DNA from: a virus
Reading direction: 5' to 3' (one strand)
IMG/VR virus record: IMGVR_UViG_3300030497_000008
Span: 1 to 64,000 of that record
DNA length: 64,000 nt
Below are positions 36,309 through 48,156 of this stretch, one piece after another. Each line of letters opens with the position of its first letter. Positions within the stretch are counted from its first letter, which is position 1. The notes under the pieces were generated by a model that saw only the letters and a program-made list of their open reading frames with translations, was not told where the DNA came from and searched no databases. A program made the translations under genes and the position numbers.

Positions 36309-37976
36309 TCACTTAGCTTCCTCCTTTAAACCAACTGACACAGGCGCTTTAATAGCTTTGTGCGGGTTATAATCTACAATCTCAAAGTCTTCAATCTCAT
36401 AATCTTCTAAATTGTCTTTCTTGTTCTTAATGACTAGTTTAGGCAGCTTTCGTGGTTCGTTTAATAACTGCTCTTTAGCTTGCTCGATGTGGTTAAGATA
36501 TAGATGTATATCCCCACCATTGTAAATGAGAGAACCTACTTCTAATCCGCACTCTAGTGCGATTAAATGCAGCAACAACCCGTAACTAGCAATATTGAAC
36601 GGAAGACCAAGGAATGAATCATTCGAACGCATGAAGAATTTTAAATCTAACTTACCGTTATTATGAACGTATAACTGAAATGCATTGTGACAACAAGGCA
36701 ATGACGCATCGTACTGTTCTGTAGGACTCCAAGCATCTACATACAACCTTCTCGATGTAGGGTTACTTTTTATATCCTCTATAACCTTATGTATCTGATT
36801 TAATGGTAATTTATATCTGTATAACTCACCATCTGGTAAATATTCAAAAGTAAAACCTTTGTGATGCTTCCTCTTTCCAGATAGCACCATGCTTATTTTC
36901 GAATCTAATAATCCTAAATCATTAGCGCACTTAGTTATAGATATATACTTATACTCACATCCTTCTGGTGTCGTTACTTTAAATAACCTACTATTCCTAT
37001 ACAACATGTTGTCCGATTTACTAATCCATACGCATGTATCTGGTGAATAACAATTGGACGAGTAATAATCTTTATCTAACTGGTACTTATTGGGTTCTCT
37101 TTCTTTTCTTTTCCAGTTAACAAGCCTCTTAACATCTTTTACAAAATTTGAAAAGTTATGCCAAGAATCTTCCACAAATACTCCCTTACCACCGTAGTAT
37201 TTGTACTCTTTACACTTTTGGTTATAACATCTATCTATCATGTGATTCCATACTTTTTTAAGATGCTTGTCCATTTTCGTCTTAACTTCATACTCACCGC
37301 TGTAACCGATACCTGCCACAGTTTTTTTGTATACATCTCTAACTCTACCTTCTTTAGCAGCGTCGATTCTAACGTTCTTTTGAATGAATCCTGTATCTAA
37401 AAACTGAATATTAACTGTTTTTCTTTCTCTACCTTTGTATTTATAACTTTCCCCATCTCCTATAATTATGTAATCACCAAATTTTTCACTGGTGTATATG
37501 GTCTTTCCTGTTATGTTTACTTTTACATTATTTTCACGATTAAGGGTTTGTTCTTTTATTATCGGATTTACTTTTTCTATAACTCTATCTGGGTAGGGTA
37601 AGTCCGTCCAGATTCCTCCATAAATTCTACCTAAATCGAATCCATTCTCTTTCACAAACTCAATAAATTCTTCCTTAGACAACGTACCGCCTAGTTCCTT
37701 ATACCAACGATATCCATCTGGAGTCCAGATATTTACATTCTTGTCTATAAGTGTTTTAAGGTTCGTATCTCCTTTTAAGAACCACAGCAGCTCTTCTGCT
37801 ACAAGTCTAAAGGCTACGTGCTTCGTTGTAAGTAATGGGAATCCTTCTGACATATCGAATCGCATGGTATAATCGAAGATACTCAATGTACCTGTACCCG
37901 TTCTATCACTTCTAACTTCCCCGTGTTTAAGTATGTAATCATATAAATCTAAAACTTGTTTATCTACGTTATTCAT
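36309..37976 (-). CDS. thyA: Thymidylate synthase with ~260-aa in-frame endonuclease-like insertion
   Basis: DRTGTGT, FPLLTTK, ELLWFL, DLGRIYG, SRR, LPCCH, RSND.FLGLPFNIASY, GDIHLY; ATG 37976 after AAGGAG. Confidence 0.93.
   Translation of the reverse strand: MNNVDKQVLDLYDYILKHGEVRSDRTGTGTLSIFDYTMRFDMSEGFPLLTTKHVAFRLVAEELLWFLKGDTNLKTLIDKNVNIWTPDGYRWYKELGGTLSKEEFIEFVKENGFDLGRIYGGIWTDLPYPDRVIEKVNPIIKEQTLNRENNVKVNITGKTIYTSEKFGDYIIIGDGESYKYKGRERKTVNIQFLDTGFIQKNVRIDAAKEGRVRDVYKKTVAGIGYSGEYEVKTKMDKHLKKVWNHMIDRCYNQKCKEYKYYGGKGVFVEDSWHNFSNFVKDVKRLVNWKRKEREPNKYQLDKDYYSSNCYSPDTCVWISKSDNMLYRNSRLFKVTTPEGCEYKYISITKCANDLGLLDSKISMVLSGKRKHHKGFTFEYLPDGELYRYKLPLNQIHKVIEDIKSNPTSRRLYVDAWSPTEQYDASLPCCHNAFQLYVHNNGKLDLKFFMRSNDSFLGLPFNIASYGLLLHLIALECGLEVGSLIYNGGDIHLYLNHIEQAKEQLLNEPRKLPKLVIKNKKDNLEDYEIEDFEIVDYNPHKAIKAPVSVGLKEEAK
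36805..37590 (-). mobile_element. HNH-type homing endonuclease-like domain inserted in frame in thyA
   Basis: WNHMIDRCY, YGGKGVFV..W..F..F, LDKD....NCYSPDTCVWISKSDN and NUMOD1-like HTH; boundaries approximate. Confidence 0.8.
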
Positions 37977-38306
37977 TATGTAACTCCTTATTTGTCGTAT
38001 TTCACGCATTTACACGTTCTGCATATGTATCTATCTTTTCTTCCTAGTATGTTTACCTCATACCCATCGTATTCCCATATATGACCTCTTAACATGCATT
38101 TAAATTTAGGTGTCATATTTACTTCTCCCACAAGTAATCAATGAACTCGAAGTAGTCTGTTAGCGCGTCTACAGTCATATCTTCTAAAGGAGCACTAGCC
38201 ATACAAAACTCTTCTTCTGATTCACGAATGAACTCTCTGTATGTTTGTGGGTTATCTGCCACTTCTTCTACATCACAAATTCGTTTATCTAACATTTCAT
38301 GTGTAA

Positions 38307-38546
38307 TCATTGATATCCCCTCTTCTCATATTGTTCGTTTTGCCATTGTTCAATCCAAGATGGTATCTCATCAACACCTTTCAACTCCAAATGTCCTGTC
38401 GTCTCTTTACATTGATGGCAGTACATATGTTTTAAATGCTGCGGCTTCTTTAGGCGACTGCGTTTTCTCCATATTTTCACAACATTTTTACAGACCTCGC
38501 ATTCTAGGCTTGTCTGTTCGTTAATAACTTTTGACTCTGTAGCCAC
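38307..38546 (-). CDS. bL33-like zinc-ribbon protein
   Basis: LECEVC...YCHQCKETTGHLE spacing resembles ribosomal protein L33. Confidence 0.55.
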   Translation of the reverse strand: MATESKVINEQTSLECEVCKNVVKIWRKRSRLKKPQHLKHMYCHQCKETTGHLELKGVDEIPSWIEQWQNEQYEKRGYQ

Positions 38547-38602
38547 TGTTACACCTCCCTTCTAGATACATCTTATACTACTTTTAGTAAAATGTCAATC
38601 TA

Positions 38603-40000
38603 TTATCGGAGTTTTTTAATATTTTTGAACTTTTCGATTGCAGCCATTTCCTCTTCATCTGGGTTTCTATTAGCGAATCCACGAGCTTGTACAACTCTTC
38701 CGTTTTGAATCTCCATTGTAATGAGAGACTTTTCGGGCTTCTTCTTGAGACGCATGAAGATGATATCCGTTGTACCTTCTGCGACTTGGCTTGCATATGA
38801 GGCAACACAATGAGATTGCTCACTACCCTCTGTTGCGATATCTCGCATTGTTTTAGGGGCGATAAAAGAAAAAGCACCAACCTTGCACTCATAGTTCTGC
38901 AACTCAATACGTCGCGCTTCAAACTTCTCAACAAGAACCGTGTCTTCTACTAATTTATAATTTCGAGAAACGATGTCATGATATGTTTTTAAGTATTTCG
39001 GGTATTTATTATATGTATGATTTCCTAACGAGCGATTCATATTAACGTAATCGCGATATGTAGTGATGGCATCTCCAAGCTCCATCCCTTGACTCAATAG
39101 ACATTCGAAAGCCAAGTATTCAATTAAACGTGCTTCATTCGTTATGTAAGGCTTGTCCAATAAAGACCAACCGCTCCAACTCATATAGTGAGCGTACCCG
39201 TTCTTTGTATATTCTCTTAGCTCCGCAAAATCCTTCAAACTCATGTTGTTATCGAACACTTCTAACCTATCGTATACTTGGTACTTATCTTGAAGTTTTT
39301 CTACTAACCCTCTAATATGTCGATAAAAACTAACATCTTTTACTTCTAAGTTTCTTATGTGCGAAATCGCATTTAATGGGAATTTCTCATTGTTAGAAAA
39401 GTCTTTAAATGCTTTGAATTGATTCTTGGTCATTTTCAGTATCTCATGTGCCTTTGTTACATTCTTTTGACCTGCTACAAGAACCCAATGCAGTAAAGCC
39501 TTATCACTATCAAAGCGTTCTAGGTTTACACCAGCTTTGTATAACAGCTCCAACTTATTATAATCATTCATCAACCGTATCAAGGCTCGCGATGTCATGT
39601 CTCGCTTCTCGTTACCGATAGAACCAATTAAGTATAACATCTGATTATACATCCCTTTATTCTCATCTGTCTCCACAAAGTCAACAAACTTATCTATACT
39701 GTCCCTTGTATTGAAGTCCCGCCGTGCTCCCATGATACGTCTAGGAACTATTTCATCTAAATTGTTAACCGTAAACTTAACTTCTTTACCATTTCTTTTT
39801 ATGTAATGTTCTTTGTTCCGTAAGTCGTAGTACATTTCTGCGACAACAACTCTACCAGTCTCAGTTGTGTACTTCGCATAGAAATGGAACATGCTGCTAG
39901 TTTTGTCAATTAAAAAATACTCAACATGCCCAATTGTAGTAGTCTGTTTGAATTCTGTAGATGTCAGTTCGTCTATTAATCTATTTTTATCGTTACTCAT
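38603..40000 (-). CDS. PcfJ-like domain protein
   Basis: C-terminal EG..QSHCVASY...IIFMR...LITMEI....VVQARGFAN. Confidence 0.8.
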   Translation of the reverse strand: MSNDKNRLIDELTSTEFKQTTTIGHVEYFLIDKTSSMFHFYAKYTTETGRVVVAEMYYDLRNKEHYIKRNGKEVKFTVNNLDEIVPRRIMGARRDFNTRDSIDKFVDFVETDENKGMYNQMLYLIGSIGNEKRDMTSRALIRLMNDYNKLELLYKAGVNLERFDSDKALLHWVLVAGQKNVTKAHEILKMTKNQFKAFKDFSNNEKFPLNAISHIRNLEVKDVSFYRHIRGLVEKLQDKYQVYDRLEVFDNNMSLKDFAELREYTKNGYAHYMSWSGWSLLDKPYITNEARLIEYLAFECLLSQGMELGDAITTYRDYVNMNRSLGNHTYNKYPKYLKTYHDIVSRNYKLVEDTVLVEKFEARRIELQNYECKVGAFSFIAPKTMRDIATEGSEQSHCVASYASQVAEGTTDIIFMRLKKKPEKSLITMEIQNGRVVQARGFANRNPDEEEMAAIEKFKNIKKLR

Positions 40001-40073
40001 GATTCTCCTCCTCGTTTATTATACTAAAAGTATAACACAAAAACAAAAGACAGTCAATGACTGTCTCTAAAAT

Positions 40074-42790
40074 TTACAATATATTTTTTCGATACATTAG
40101 TAGATTCCAAGCTCGAACTAAATCACGATTCGTCGCTTGATTCACCTCATGTGCATCCTCTTCTGTTACGTGCGTTAAGTATGTACGGAGTAAATCGAAC
40201 TCATCCTCTTCAAGGTCGTCCACTTTTAATTTTTGAAGACCGAAGTAATCTTCAATCTCTTCCTTGATGATGTCGATAGAGTCTTTAATAGAATCTAACT
40301 GCGAATTTACAATAGATACTACGAATTCTAGAGCCTCTTCTTCCGTTTCCTCTTCGCACGGCTCTTCATCGCAGCAATATGCACCATACTCTTCGTAGCA
40401 AGCATCCTTCTCTTCCTCCTCTTCGGAAGGTACGATTCCCAATTCCACTTTATCCTCATACGAGAATTCATATGAGAAAGTCTTAGGCTCAGGAATTCCG
40501 TAACCTTGTACTTGCTCTTCTAAAGAGATGCCTGAGTTATTCATAATAACTTTATATGTATGTAGTTTATCATCTAATTGGAATGTAGTTAAGAAATACC
40601 CATGCTGCTTAATAATAATTTTAATAGCTTCTTTCATTTTATCAAAGTACGATTCGCGGTCGTCTTTATGGTAGTTAACCTCGTCCAAAAAGTGGTCGAT
40701 GAACTGTGTTAACGATTCTGGGGCAGCTTCTACTTTAATTTCTAATTGCGCTTCTGCCTCTCTATTAATTTCATCTAATAGTGCCATCACAGTCTCTAAA
40801 CCTTTATGTAGTTCCTTAACACTCTCTAAAACATTATCTTTCGTAATCATCTTTTCCATTGTTTCTCCTCCAATTAATTAAAATTTATCCGCTAGTTCTA
40901 GAAGTCTATCAAAATCCGTAAACTGATTAAAAGTAAATACAAATGCGATACCTTGTACAGATTCACTAGCAGATAATCTTACAACTTTATCTTTTTCTAG
41001 TGCGACGAGACAACCTAATTCTTTATCGTTCTTTATGTATTTTGCCATCTTAATAAAGTTGTCCGTATCTTGCGCTTGATTCACCATCAGTTCTACAGGT
41101 ATAAACACTTCATACTCTAGAACAGATGAACCTTTTATTTCTCTACCTTTGTATTTTATCACATTAATCTTGAACAAGTCAATTAAATTTTTGGGTTTTT
41201 GTTGTGTTGTCATCCGTTATTCACTACCAACTGGATTTTTGCATCCTCAGTTTTACCATCTTGTTTTTCTGCATCACCTTCGAAAGTTTCTTTGCACCAC
41301 GCATGGTAATTTTCTTTCTTAATGAATGTGAAGTTAAATGAAATCTCTCCACCTTCTAAACCACTTGTAATAGGCGATACACCTGTAGGTGCTAGATTCG
41401 AACCATCGTCCGTGATAATCATAACATCGCTACCTAAATCTAATACATGACCGTCTCGAACGTGGTCTACGAAATACTTCTGTAAGCTTCCCATATTAAT
41501 ACCGTATTCGACACCTTTAGCGAAAATTAGCTTATGTAGTTCTGGGTCATCATGCCAATTACTTACGATAGACATAAAGTTCGCATCGCTTTCTGTTGGC
41601 GCTTTAGCTAAATAGAATTGATAGTTTTCAAATCGGTTGCGCGCTAGTTTCGATAGCAGCTCTACAACTTCTGCATAATCATGCAATGATGGCTTTCTAT
41701 CCACCAAATCTGTTAAACTCATTTTATTTTTTACTTCTACTTCCGTTGTGTTAATCTCTGTCATTTTTTCATCTTCTCCTTTAATATCTGTTTTTATTTC
41801 ACTTAATACTGATAAAGCTTTCTTGATTGACTCTGTATAGCTCATTTCTTCTTTATGTTCTTTCACAGACTTCTTAACCCCAAAAGCAAGTATCATTGTA
41901 TAAATAAACAATGCTATTAATATCATTTTTGCTAATAAAAGGTTATAGTTGAACGTTGCATCCAACTCAACCGCGCCCTTTGAATAACTGACCAACAGCA
42001 CATGCCATAAAGACTACTAACATAATTGGAATGGAAATCACTAGGAACGCTACCATCACCATTAAAGCGATAGCAGATAGAACAACGCCCACTAATATAA
42101 GCAACACCCATAATATTACACTAACAATACAATATAGTACAGCTACGATACCAGCTACGATTGATTTAACCGCATTCATATATGCACCTCTTTTACATCA
42201 TATACTTTTATTATATCATACTAATTATAGCTCGAAGGTAAGTTGTCCTTCCTCTTCGTGAGTATCGATGTGTTCTACCCATTGCTCATCTTCATATTGA
42301 GCTTCTGCTTCTTTTAAATCTTCTTCGTAGCTTCCATCATCCCGAACCCACTTACCTCCAACTTCATAACTAAACCTATCTACCACACTAAGATTATGTA
42401 CAATACCACGTCTGTCTGCTTCCTGAGGAATTTTAGCCTCTGCTTCTTTCATAGTATCACCAGTTTTAGTAAATTCATATTCTTTGTCATTTTCTGCAAT
42501 CGTGATAAACTTGTACAACATTATTCTCTCTCCTTTAACGTTACCTTAAATTCAAACTCTTTATGCTTAAGACCGTGGTCACCTATCCAATCGTTCATCA
42601 GTTGTTGGATGTGCGGCAATCCACCAGAACCATAAAAATTACCATTTAAAGTTAATACATAAAACCTCTTATTTTTCATATAATCTTCGTAAGAGTCGTA
42701 GATAAATTCTGGATGTGTACAGTAACAAGTTGTGCTCCACTCACTCCAATTTAGACGACCGCATTTCGCGCAAAACTTTTGCTCTGGCAT
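40074..42790 (-). other. Hypothetical ORFs (acidic 261-aa protein, membrane proteins, small Zn-binding ORF)
   Basis: Co-oriented ORFs 40074..40859, 40878..41213, 41210..42001, 41967..42179, 42225..42521, 42521..42790. Confidence 0.7.
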
Positions 42791-42854
42791 TCTATCACCT
42801 CCTCTGTAATCTCATAATACTACCATTTTTACTTTAAGTCAATAGATTTATATA

Positions 42855-42880
42855 AAAAAAGAAGCCCCGAAGGACTTCTT
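42855..42880 (-). terminator. Terminator after endolysin
   Basis: AAGAAGTCC-TTCG-GGGCTTCTT plus T run on minus strand. Confidence 0.75.
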
Positions 42881-42882
42881 AA

Positions 42883-43977
42883 TTATTCACTGTACATGTA
42901 GTATGCAATTTTCTGAGCTTCTAGGATGTTTTTGAAGTTTTGTAAACGACTCTCATCTAACGGAGTAGACTCTAATCGAATTAACCCATCACCCTTACCT
43001 GTAAACACAATAGCAGTTTGCATACCTTGGTATGCTAAGACATTAGACAATTCTGGGATTTTGTTCGTACCCATATCATATGTAACAACCTTAGATTTAC
43101 CATTGTAACCCTCTCTGCTGTTTGTGTAGTAATAAGCCCAGCCTCGTTCATCTAACCATGCAGTAAGTTTGTCTAACTCAGCACCTACTTGATGTGATGT
43201 TTCAATACTTACTAGTCCATCACCTAAACCAGTGAAGTTGATGCGAGCTTCGTAACCTAAGAATGCAAGTTTATCTTGAATCTCTGGGATTAAGTTTGTA
43301 CCTACTTCGTATGTTACGATTTTGTTTAAAGCAGGAACTAGAGTTTCCTTAGCACCCTCTTTTTCTGTGAAGAACGACATAGGTTTATCTCCGTATAGTA
43401 CGTTGATATCACATTTACCAATACCTGCGATGTCACCGTACTCTGTCCATTGCCATAAATCACAAGCGAACGCTGGTTTATTACCGTAACGAGGAATCCA
43501 AGTGAAGTCACAGTTTACATCTTTACCTCCGAACTCTTGGTACTTGTGATGTCCGATGTATAGACCGACTTTCTTTGCACCTAACTCTTTTAATCGGTCA
43601 ATAAACACTTGAATACATTCTTTCATATTCGGAGCTGTAGAAACCTCTGCATCACATACCCAAACAGTTGCATCCTTGTCTCCGTAATTCCAGAAAAATT
43701 CTGCTTCTTGTTTAGCTGATGCTACTCCAGAGAAACGGTTAAACATATAGTTACCAAACGGGATACCGCGCGCTTTCATGTTCGCCACAAATGTTTTATA
43801 CTTGCGGTCAACAACACCTTGTAATTCTCCGTTTGAATTGTATCGATGTCCGTCACCTGTACGAGCGATAAACATGCTTACATAATTCTTCGCTGTGTCA
43901 AAATCGATATCCGCATTATGATGGGAAATATCGACAATCGTTTTGTCTTTTGGATACTTATTAGCTTCTAATGCCAT
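42883..43977 (-). CDS. Endolysin, GH25 muramidase plus two repeated cell-wall-binding domains (PlyBa-like)
   Basis: VDISHHN, CDAE, WIPRYG, DLWQWT, CDIN; duplicated K(I/V)VTY..GTN.IPE module. Confidence 0.92.
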   Translation of the reverse strand: MALEANKYPKDKTIVDISHHNADIDFDTAKNYVSMFIARTGDGHRYNSNGELQGVVDRKYKTFVANMKARGIPFGNYMFNRFSGVASAKQEAEFFWNYGDKDATVWVCDAEVSTAPNMKECIQVFIDRLKELGAKKVGLYIGHHKYQEFGGKDVNCDFTWIPRYGNKPAFACDLWQWTEYGDIAGIGKCDINVLYGDKPMSFFTEKEGAKETLVPALNKIVTYEVGTNLIPEIQDKLAFLGYEARINFTGLGDGLVSIETSHQVGAELDKLTAWLDERGWAYYYTNSREGYNGKSKVVTYDMGTNKIPELSNVLAYQGMQTAIVFTGKGDGLIRLESTPLDESRLQNFKNILEAQKIAYYMYSE

Positions 43978-44003
43978 TTAAAATTCCTCCTTTAATTTAT
44001 AAA

Positions 44004-44510
44004 TTAAACTACTGCTGCTCCTGTTGCATCTACCCATCCGTTGTTATCCTTGTTTCTCCAGATAGGCTTATTCAAAGTTGTATCGAAGAACGGTTGCCCT
44101 ACATAAGTACCTGTTGTTGGACGCTGCGCTGTTGTCCCTGATGTAATCAAAGGTACTGAAACCTTACCTGTCGCATCAGGGTTAGCCCCGTTTACTGTTT
44201 GAACAAACCCAGTAACCTTACCGTTCCCGTCAGGTGTCGCGCTGTTAATCTGTTTAATGAAACCAGTCGTACTAGGAATTGTAATTGTTACGTTTCCTGC
44301 TGCATCTGCTGCTTTACCGTTAACCGACTTAACCATACCCTTAATATCGTCCTTTGTAGCGAAGTCTCCCGTAGGAGCTCCATCTACACTAACATTACCG
44401 TGGATATCAGGAGCTTTACCATTAACAGTTTTAACCGTCTTCGTTAAAGTCTCCTCAACGTCTCTCATCCTTTTTTCGGGAGAACCGTCATACATTCCAT
44501 CTCTTAACAT
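44004..44510 (-). CDS. Late fibre-like protein with VK.VNG..PD..G.V repeats
   Basis: Four repeats plus GTTAQRP...G..FFDTTLNKPIW...WVDATG terminal motif; late promoter at 44546-44555. Confidence 0.65.
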   Translation of the reverse strand: MLRDGMYDGSPEKRMRDVEETLTKTVKTVNGKAPDIHGNVSVDGAPTGDFATKDDIKGMVKSVNGKAADAAGNVTITIPSTTGFIKQINSATPDGNGKVTGFVQTVNGANPDATGKVSVPLITSGTTAQRPTTGTYVGQPFFDTTLNKPIWRNKDNNGWVDATGAAVV

Positions 44511-44556
44511 GAATATAATAACCTCCTTCTTCTATTGTCCTAGACTAATATAGCAC

Positions 44557-46353
44557 TTACCATCCTTTGGCAAATATATCAGGTTTGTCAGTTCGCATTA
44601 CATTTACTGTCGTATAATCGAATGCGTTCTCTATTTCCTTCTTGATATAAGGCTCTAGTACGTGCTCCATACCAACCATAGAGTATACAGAAGACTGAGC
44701 AAAATGGTCGTCACCTTTTGCCATGATAATTTGATAGATTGCTTTCGTTTTCTCATCTTCCTCATCTCGAATTACGACGTTTTGCCAATGTTCTAGATAA
44801 AGTTTTAATTCTCTATCATCAACTTGGTAGAATCCTAAGCGCCCCATTTTCATATCAGAAATATGACGTTTATTTTGTGTTAACTTGTCCACCGTAACCA
44901 TACAGCGTTGCTCAGACCACACAGGGCTGATTTGACCTGTAGAACGAGGGTTTGGGTTAACTTTAACTCCGTACGCTACACCTTCACCGAAATGCTGGAT
45001 TAGCTTGTCTACGTAGTTACCAGAGTCACCGATATCCGCACAGATAATATCTGGTTGGTATGGGATTAGTTCTACAATAATTCTTTCTAAGTCCGCTTCG
45101 ATATTCGATACACCGCGAGCACGTTCTACTGAGAACATACGAATCATATCAATACGACCGTCATCACGGAATCCACGAATCGTTACCCAGTGGAAGTTCC
45201 CCCAGTCAATACCAACAGAAATGAATCGGTAATCACTACGATTAAATAGAGGCTTCTCTAGATACTCTCGTTTATTCTTTTCGATGTCATCTGGTTGTAC
45301 AGCTAACGCTACGTCTTGGTACGGGAATCCTAAAACGTAGTTATAGAAGTGCTGTTTAGACTCTGCTTCTAATTCTTTTCGTTTTAAGGCATCTGCTGTT
45401 AACCACACGGCATTTAGCTGTGTAATCATATATCCACGTTTACCTTGATTGTTTAACGTTCTGTCAGGGTATTTAGCTACCCATTCACCGTTATACCATC
45501 TATCTAATGTTTTCTTACATTTTTGACAGATAAATCGGTATGTACCATCTTTAACTGTTTTCGCTAAAGTATCAACGCCGCTTTCATCCATACACTCGAT
45601 GTTCAAATCATAATCGATTTGCTGTCTGTAACCACAATGGTCACATTTATGCATGTATACACGTTGGTCTGACTCAGTGAAAATTTTATGTATTCCGAAC
45701 GCAGGTACTGTTGGAGTTGACCATCTTCGTAAAATCTTAAATTTAGATGATGACATAGACTCCATCGCTGACATCTCTGCGGAAGAGTTTACACGGTCGT
45801 ACTCATCCATTGAAAGGTAATCGATATCGACACCCTCTACTGCTGACGCTTTAGAAGAAGAACGGAACAGCATGAAGCTATTACGAATACGTTTCTTTTC
45901 TAACGAGTCTACATGCGGGTCAGAAATAGTAGAATAGTAACCAGCACCTAGTAACGGGTTAATACGTGTGGATACGAAGTCTTTCATTTGTCGGTTTGTT
46001 GGGAATGTATATAAACATTTAACCCCTGCGTAACTATGTAAGTCTGCGAAGTGGAGCATTTCTCCTACCCCAACCTCTGATAATCCTAACTGACGTGACT
46101 TGATAACGCATTTATCTGGATGTGTATCGTTGATAATGTCTACCTGCCACGGTCTGTGTGCTAATGCTCGTGTAACGTCTCTACCGCTAACGTGGAACGT
46201 AATCGGGTGACCTTTTACCGAGTGATTTTTCAATAGATACGAAGAGCAGTTAATCATAGTAAGGACATACGCTAACTCTTCTTTCGATAAGTCAGTACGA
46301 CCAAACGTCTGCTTCGCCACTCGCTGTATCATTTCTCCTGTAATGTTATACAT
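44557..46353 (-). CDS. terL: Terminase large subunit (uninterrupted)
   Basis: KSRQLGLSE Walker A, LSMDEYD Walker B, STPT, GIDWG and GDDHF nuclease motifs. Confidence 0.93.
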   Translation of the reverse strand: MYNITGEMIQRVAKQTFGRTDLSKEELAYVLTMINCSSYLLKNHSVKGHPITFHVSGRDVTRALAHRPWQVDIINDTHPDKCVIKSRQLGLSEVGVGEMLHFADLHSYAGVKCLYTFPTNRQMKDFVSTRINPLLGAGYYSTISDPHVDSLEKKRIRNSFMLFRSSSKASAVEGVDIDYLSMDEYDRVNSSAEMSAMESMSSSKFKILRRWSTPTVPAFGIHKIFTESDQRVYMHKCDHCGYRQQIDYDLNIECMDESGVDTLAKTVKDGTYRFICQKCKKTLDRWYNGEWVAKYPDRTLNNQGKRGYMITQLNAVWLTADALKRKELEAESKQHFYNYVLGFPYQDVALAVQPDDIEKNKREYLEKPLFNRSDYRFISVGIDWGNFHWVTIRGFRDDGRIDMIRMFSVERARGVSNIEADLERIIVELIPYQPDIICADIGDSGNYVDKLIQHFGEGVAYGVKVNPNPRSTGQISPVWSEQRCMVTVDKLTQNKRHISDMKMGRLGFYQVDDRELKLYLEHWQNVVIRDEEDEKTKAIYQIIMAKGDDHFAQSSVYSMVGMEHVLEPYIKKEIENAFDYTTVNVMRTDKPDIFAKGW

Positions 46354-46566
46354 TTCTATCTTCCTCTCCAGAATACGGGACAGCTAACAATATATCTTTG
46401 TACACTAAATCCCTGAGTTCCCTAAAGTGCTTTTTCTGTGCCAATACATTGTCAGGTGAGGGATATGGTATATATGAAAGCCCCATAGCCCTAGATTTTT
46501 TAACTGATTTGTATTGCGTTGTATCCTCATCTCCAATGATATCAATGTTCCAAGGTCTTTTCTCCA

Positions 46567-46992
46567 TTACATCGACTCCTCGTTTGCCCTATTTTGTGCG
46601 ATATCCATTTCTGTAAGTAACTTAGCTAACTCTGCATCACTAATTCCACCGATATCGATACGACCTTCTTCTGTCTCACCAAGAGTACCTTCACGTACCA
46701 TATCGTCAACAACCTTCTCTTGACGCATATTAATCTCTGGAAGCATCCCAGCTCCTTGCTGACCGTTAATCACTTCATCGATACCATTTAACTCTTTATA
46801 AGCACTGAATACACGAATCGCATCAGCTACGTTATCGATTTTAATTTCACCCATTTGCAACTTCTGGATAAATTGGTTCATAGCTTCGGAAAATCCTAAG
46901 TTTAAATTCTGTCGTAGTTCTTCTTGTGCATCGAATACAGAACTTCTTTTCTGTACTCCTCGTTTGATGTTATCAACCATTGCCATCTGCAA
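46567..46992 (-). CDS. Probable terminase small subunit
   Basis: 141-aa helical ORF two genes upstream of terL; positional inference. Confidence 0.5.
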   Translation of the reverse strand: MQMAMVDNIKRGVQKRSSVFDAQEELRQNLNLGFSEAMNQFIQKLQMGEIKIDNVADAIRVFSAYKELNGIDEVINGQQGAGMLPEINMRQEKVVDDMVREGTLGETEEGRIDIGGISDAELAKLLTEMDIAQNRANEESM

Positions 46993-48037
46993 GCTCTCCT
47001 TTCCTATCTAGTACTCTGTAACAAGAATTGATGTCCTTACATATATGAACACTAACAAGTGCGCTCAACTCAAATCTGTACTGGTTTTGCGTTAGTATGT
47101 ATTTTTGTGTACGCTTTGTTAAAGTAGATAAGGGTCTGCCGCATATCGAGCAAATCCTTGGATAGTTAACACGCTTGTCCCCTTTTTTAAACTCTTTATA
47201 AGTTTGACAATTTTGGAACAGACGTTTTCTTTTATCTACTATTTCTTTCTTCGTAATCATTTTTCAGAATATTCCAACTTCTCATGATAGGCGTGTAGAA
47301 CTTCTGATAGGAACATTTCGTATCCTTTTTCATTGTCACAAAATGCATTAGCGTACGCAAACGGTAATTCTAAAATCATCTCAGTAATCAAATTAGAAAT
47401 CATATTATCCGTATAAGGAATCCCGTGTTGTACGAATTGACTTTTCAGATGGGACGAATATTTAGTATCTAGCATCTCTACAATCAACTCTTCAAAAGCT
47501 CCCACGTATTCATAATTGGCATCTTGATAATCTGCATACTCGTTAGCCAGTCGCAGCATCGATGTCGTGATTACTAATTTCGCTTCATCTTTAACACTTT
47601 CATTAAATCTACGGTCTCGAAACTTAACTCCATGCACCTCAAAAATCGGGGCAAGCTCTTTCGCATCTTCCTCAAACGTTTTAATTAAATTGATTTCCGC
47701 ATATTCTTGTACTGCATCTAACATTATATCTAACTCTTTCTCATAAATCATATTAATCTCCTTTCTCCTTATGTCCCGCGACTGTATCATATCGTTTCAG
47801 TACGCAGTTTAAAATAAGACTGAACTCTTTCTGTACTTTCATCGCATTCTTTGTTACCACATAATCATATATCCCTAACGTGATTAAGGCGAAAACACCT
47901 CCCGTCACGAAATACGATACTGTTGAACTCTCTACTTCCACTCCTACAGAGCTAAGGTATTGTACTGCTTCATAACCTATCACCTGTGCTAAAAATATTA
48001 GTAGGAGCTTGTTCCTAGTATGTTTACTAATTACCAT
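46973..48037 (-). other. Three hypothetical ORFs of the terminase operon
   Basis: 46973..47260 (CxxC), 47257..47790, 47753..48037 (two TM). Confidence 0.7.
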
Positions 48038-48156
48038 TTTCCAAATACCTCCATTGAGAAATATTTTTTATATCTCTAATATAGAGGTTTGTATAAAAAC
48101 GATAGTAAGAAGTGCTATATTAGAAACGCAAAAAACTACGGAAGAGGGTAATTACT

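Noticed and set aside
36805-37590. Canonical intein or group I intron in thyA
   Set aside because: No splice-junction residues and no interruption of the frame or non-coding core visible; not excluded computationally
44557-46353. Intron-split terminase as in some relatives
   Set aside because: Single continuous ORF with all motifs
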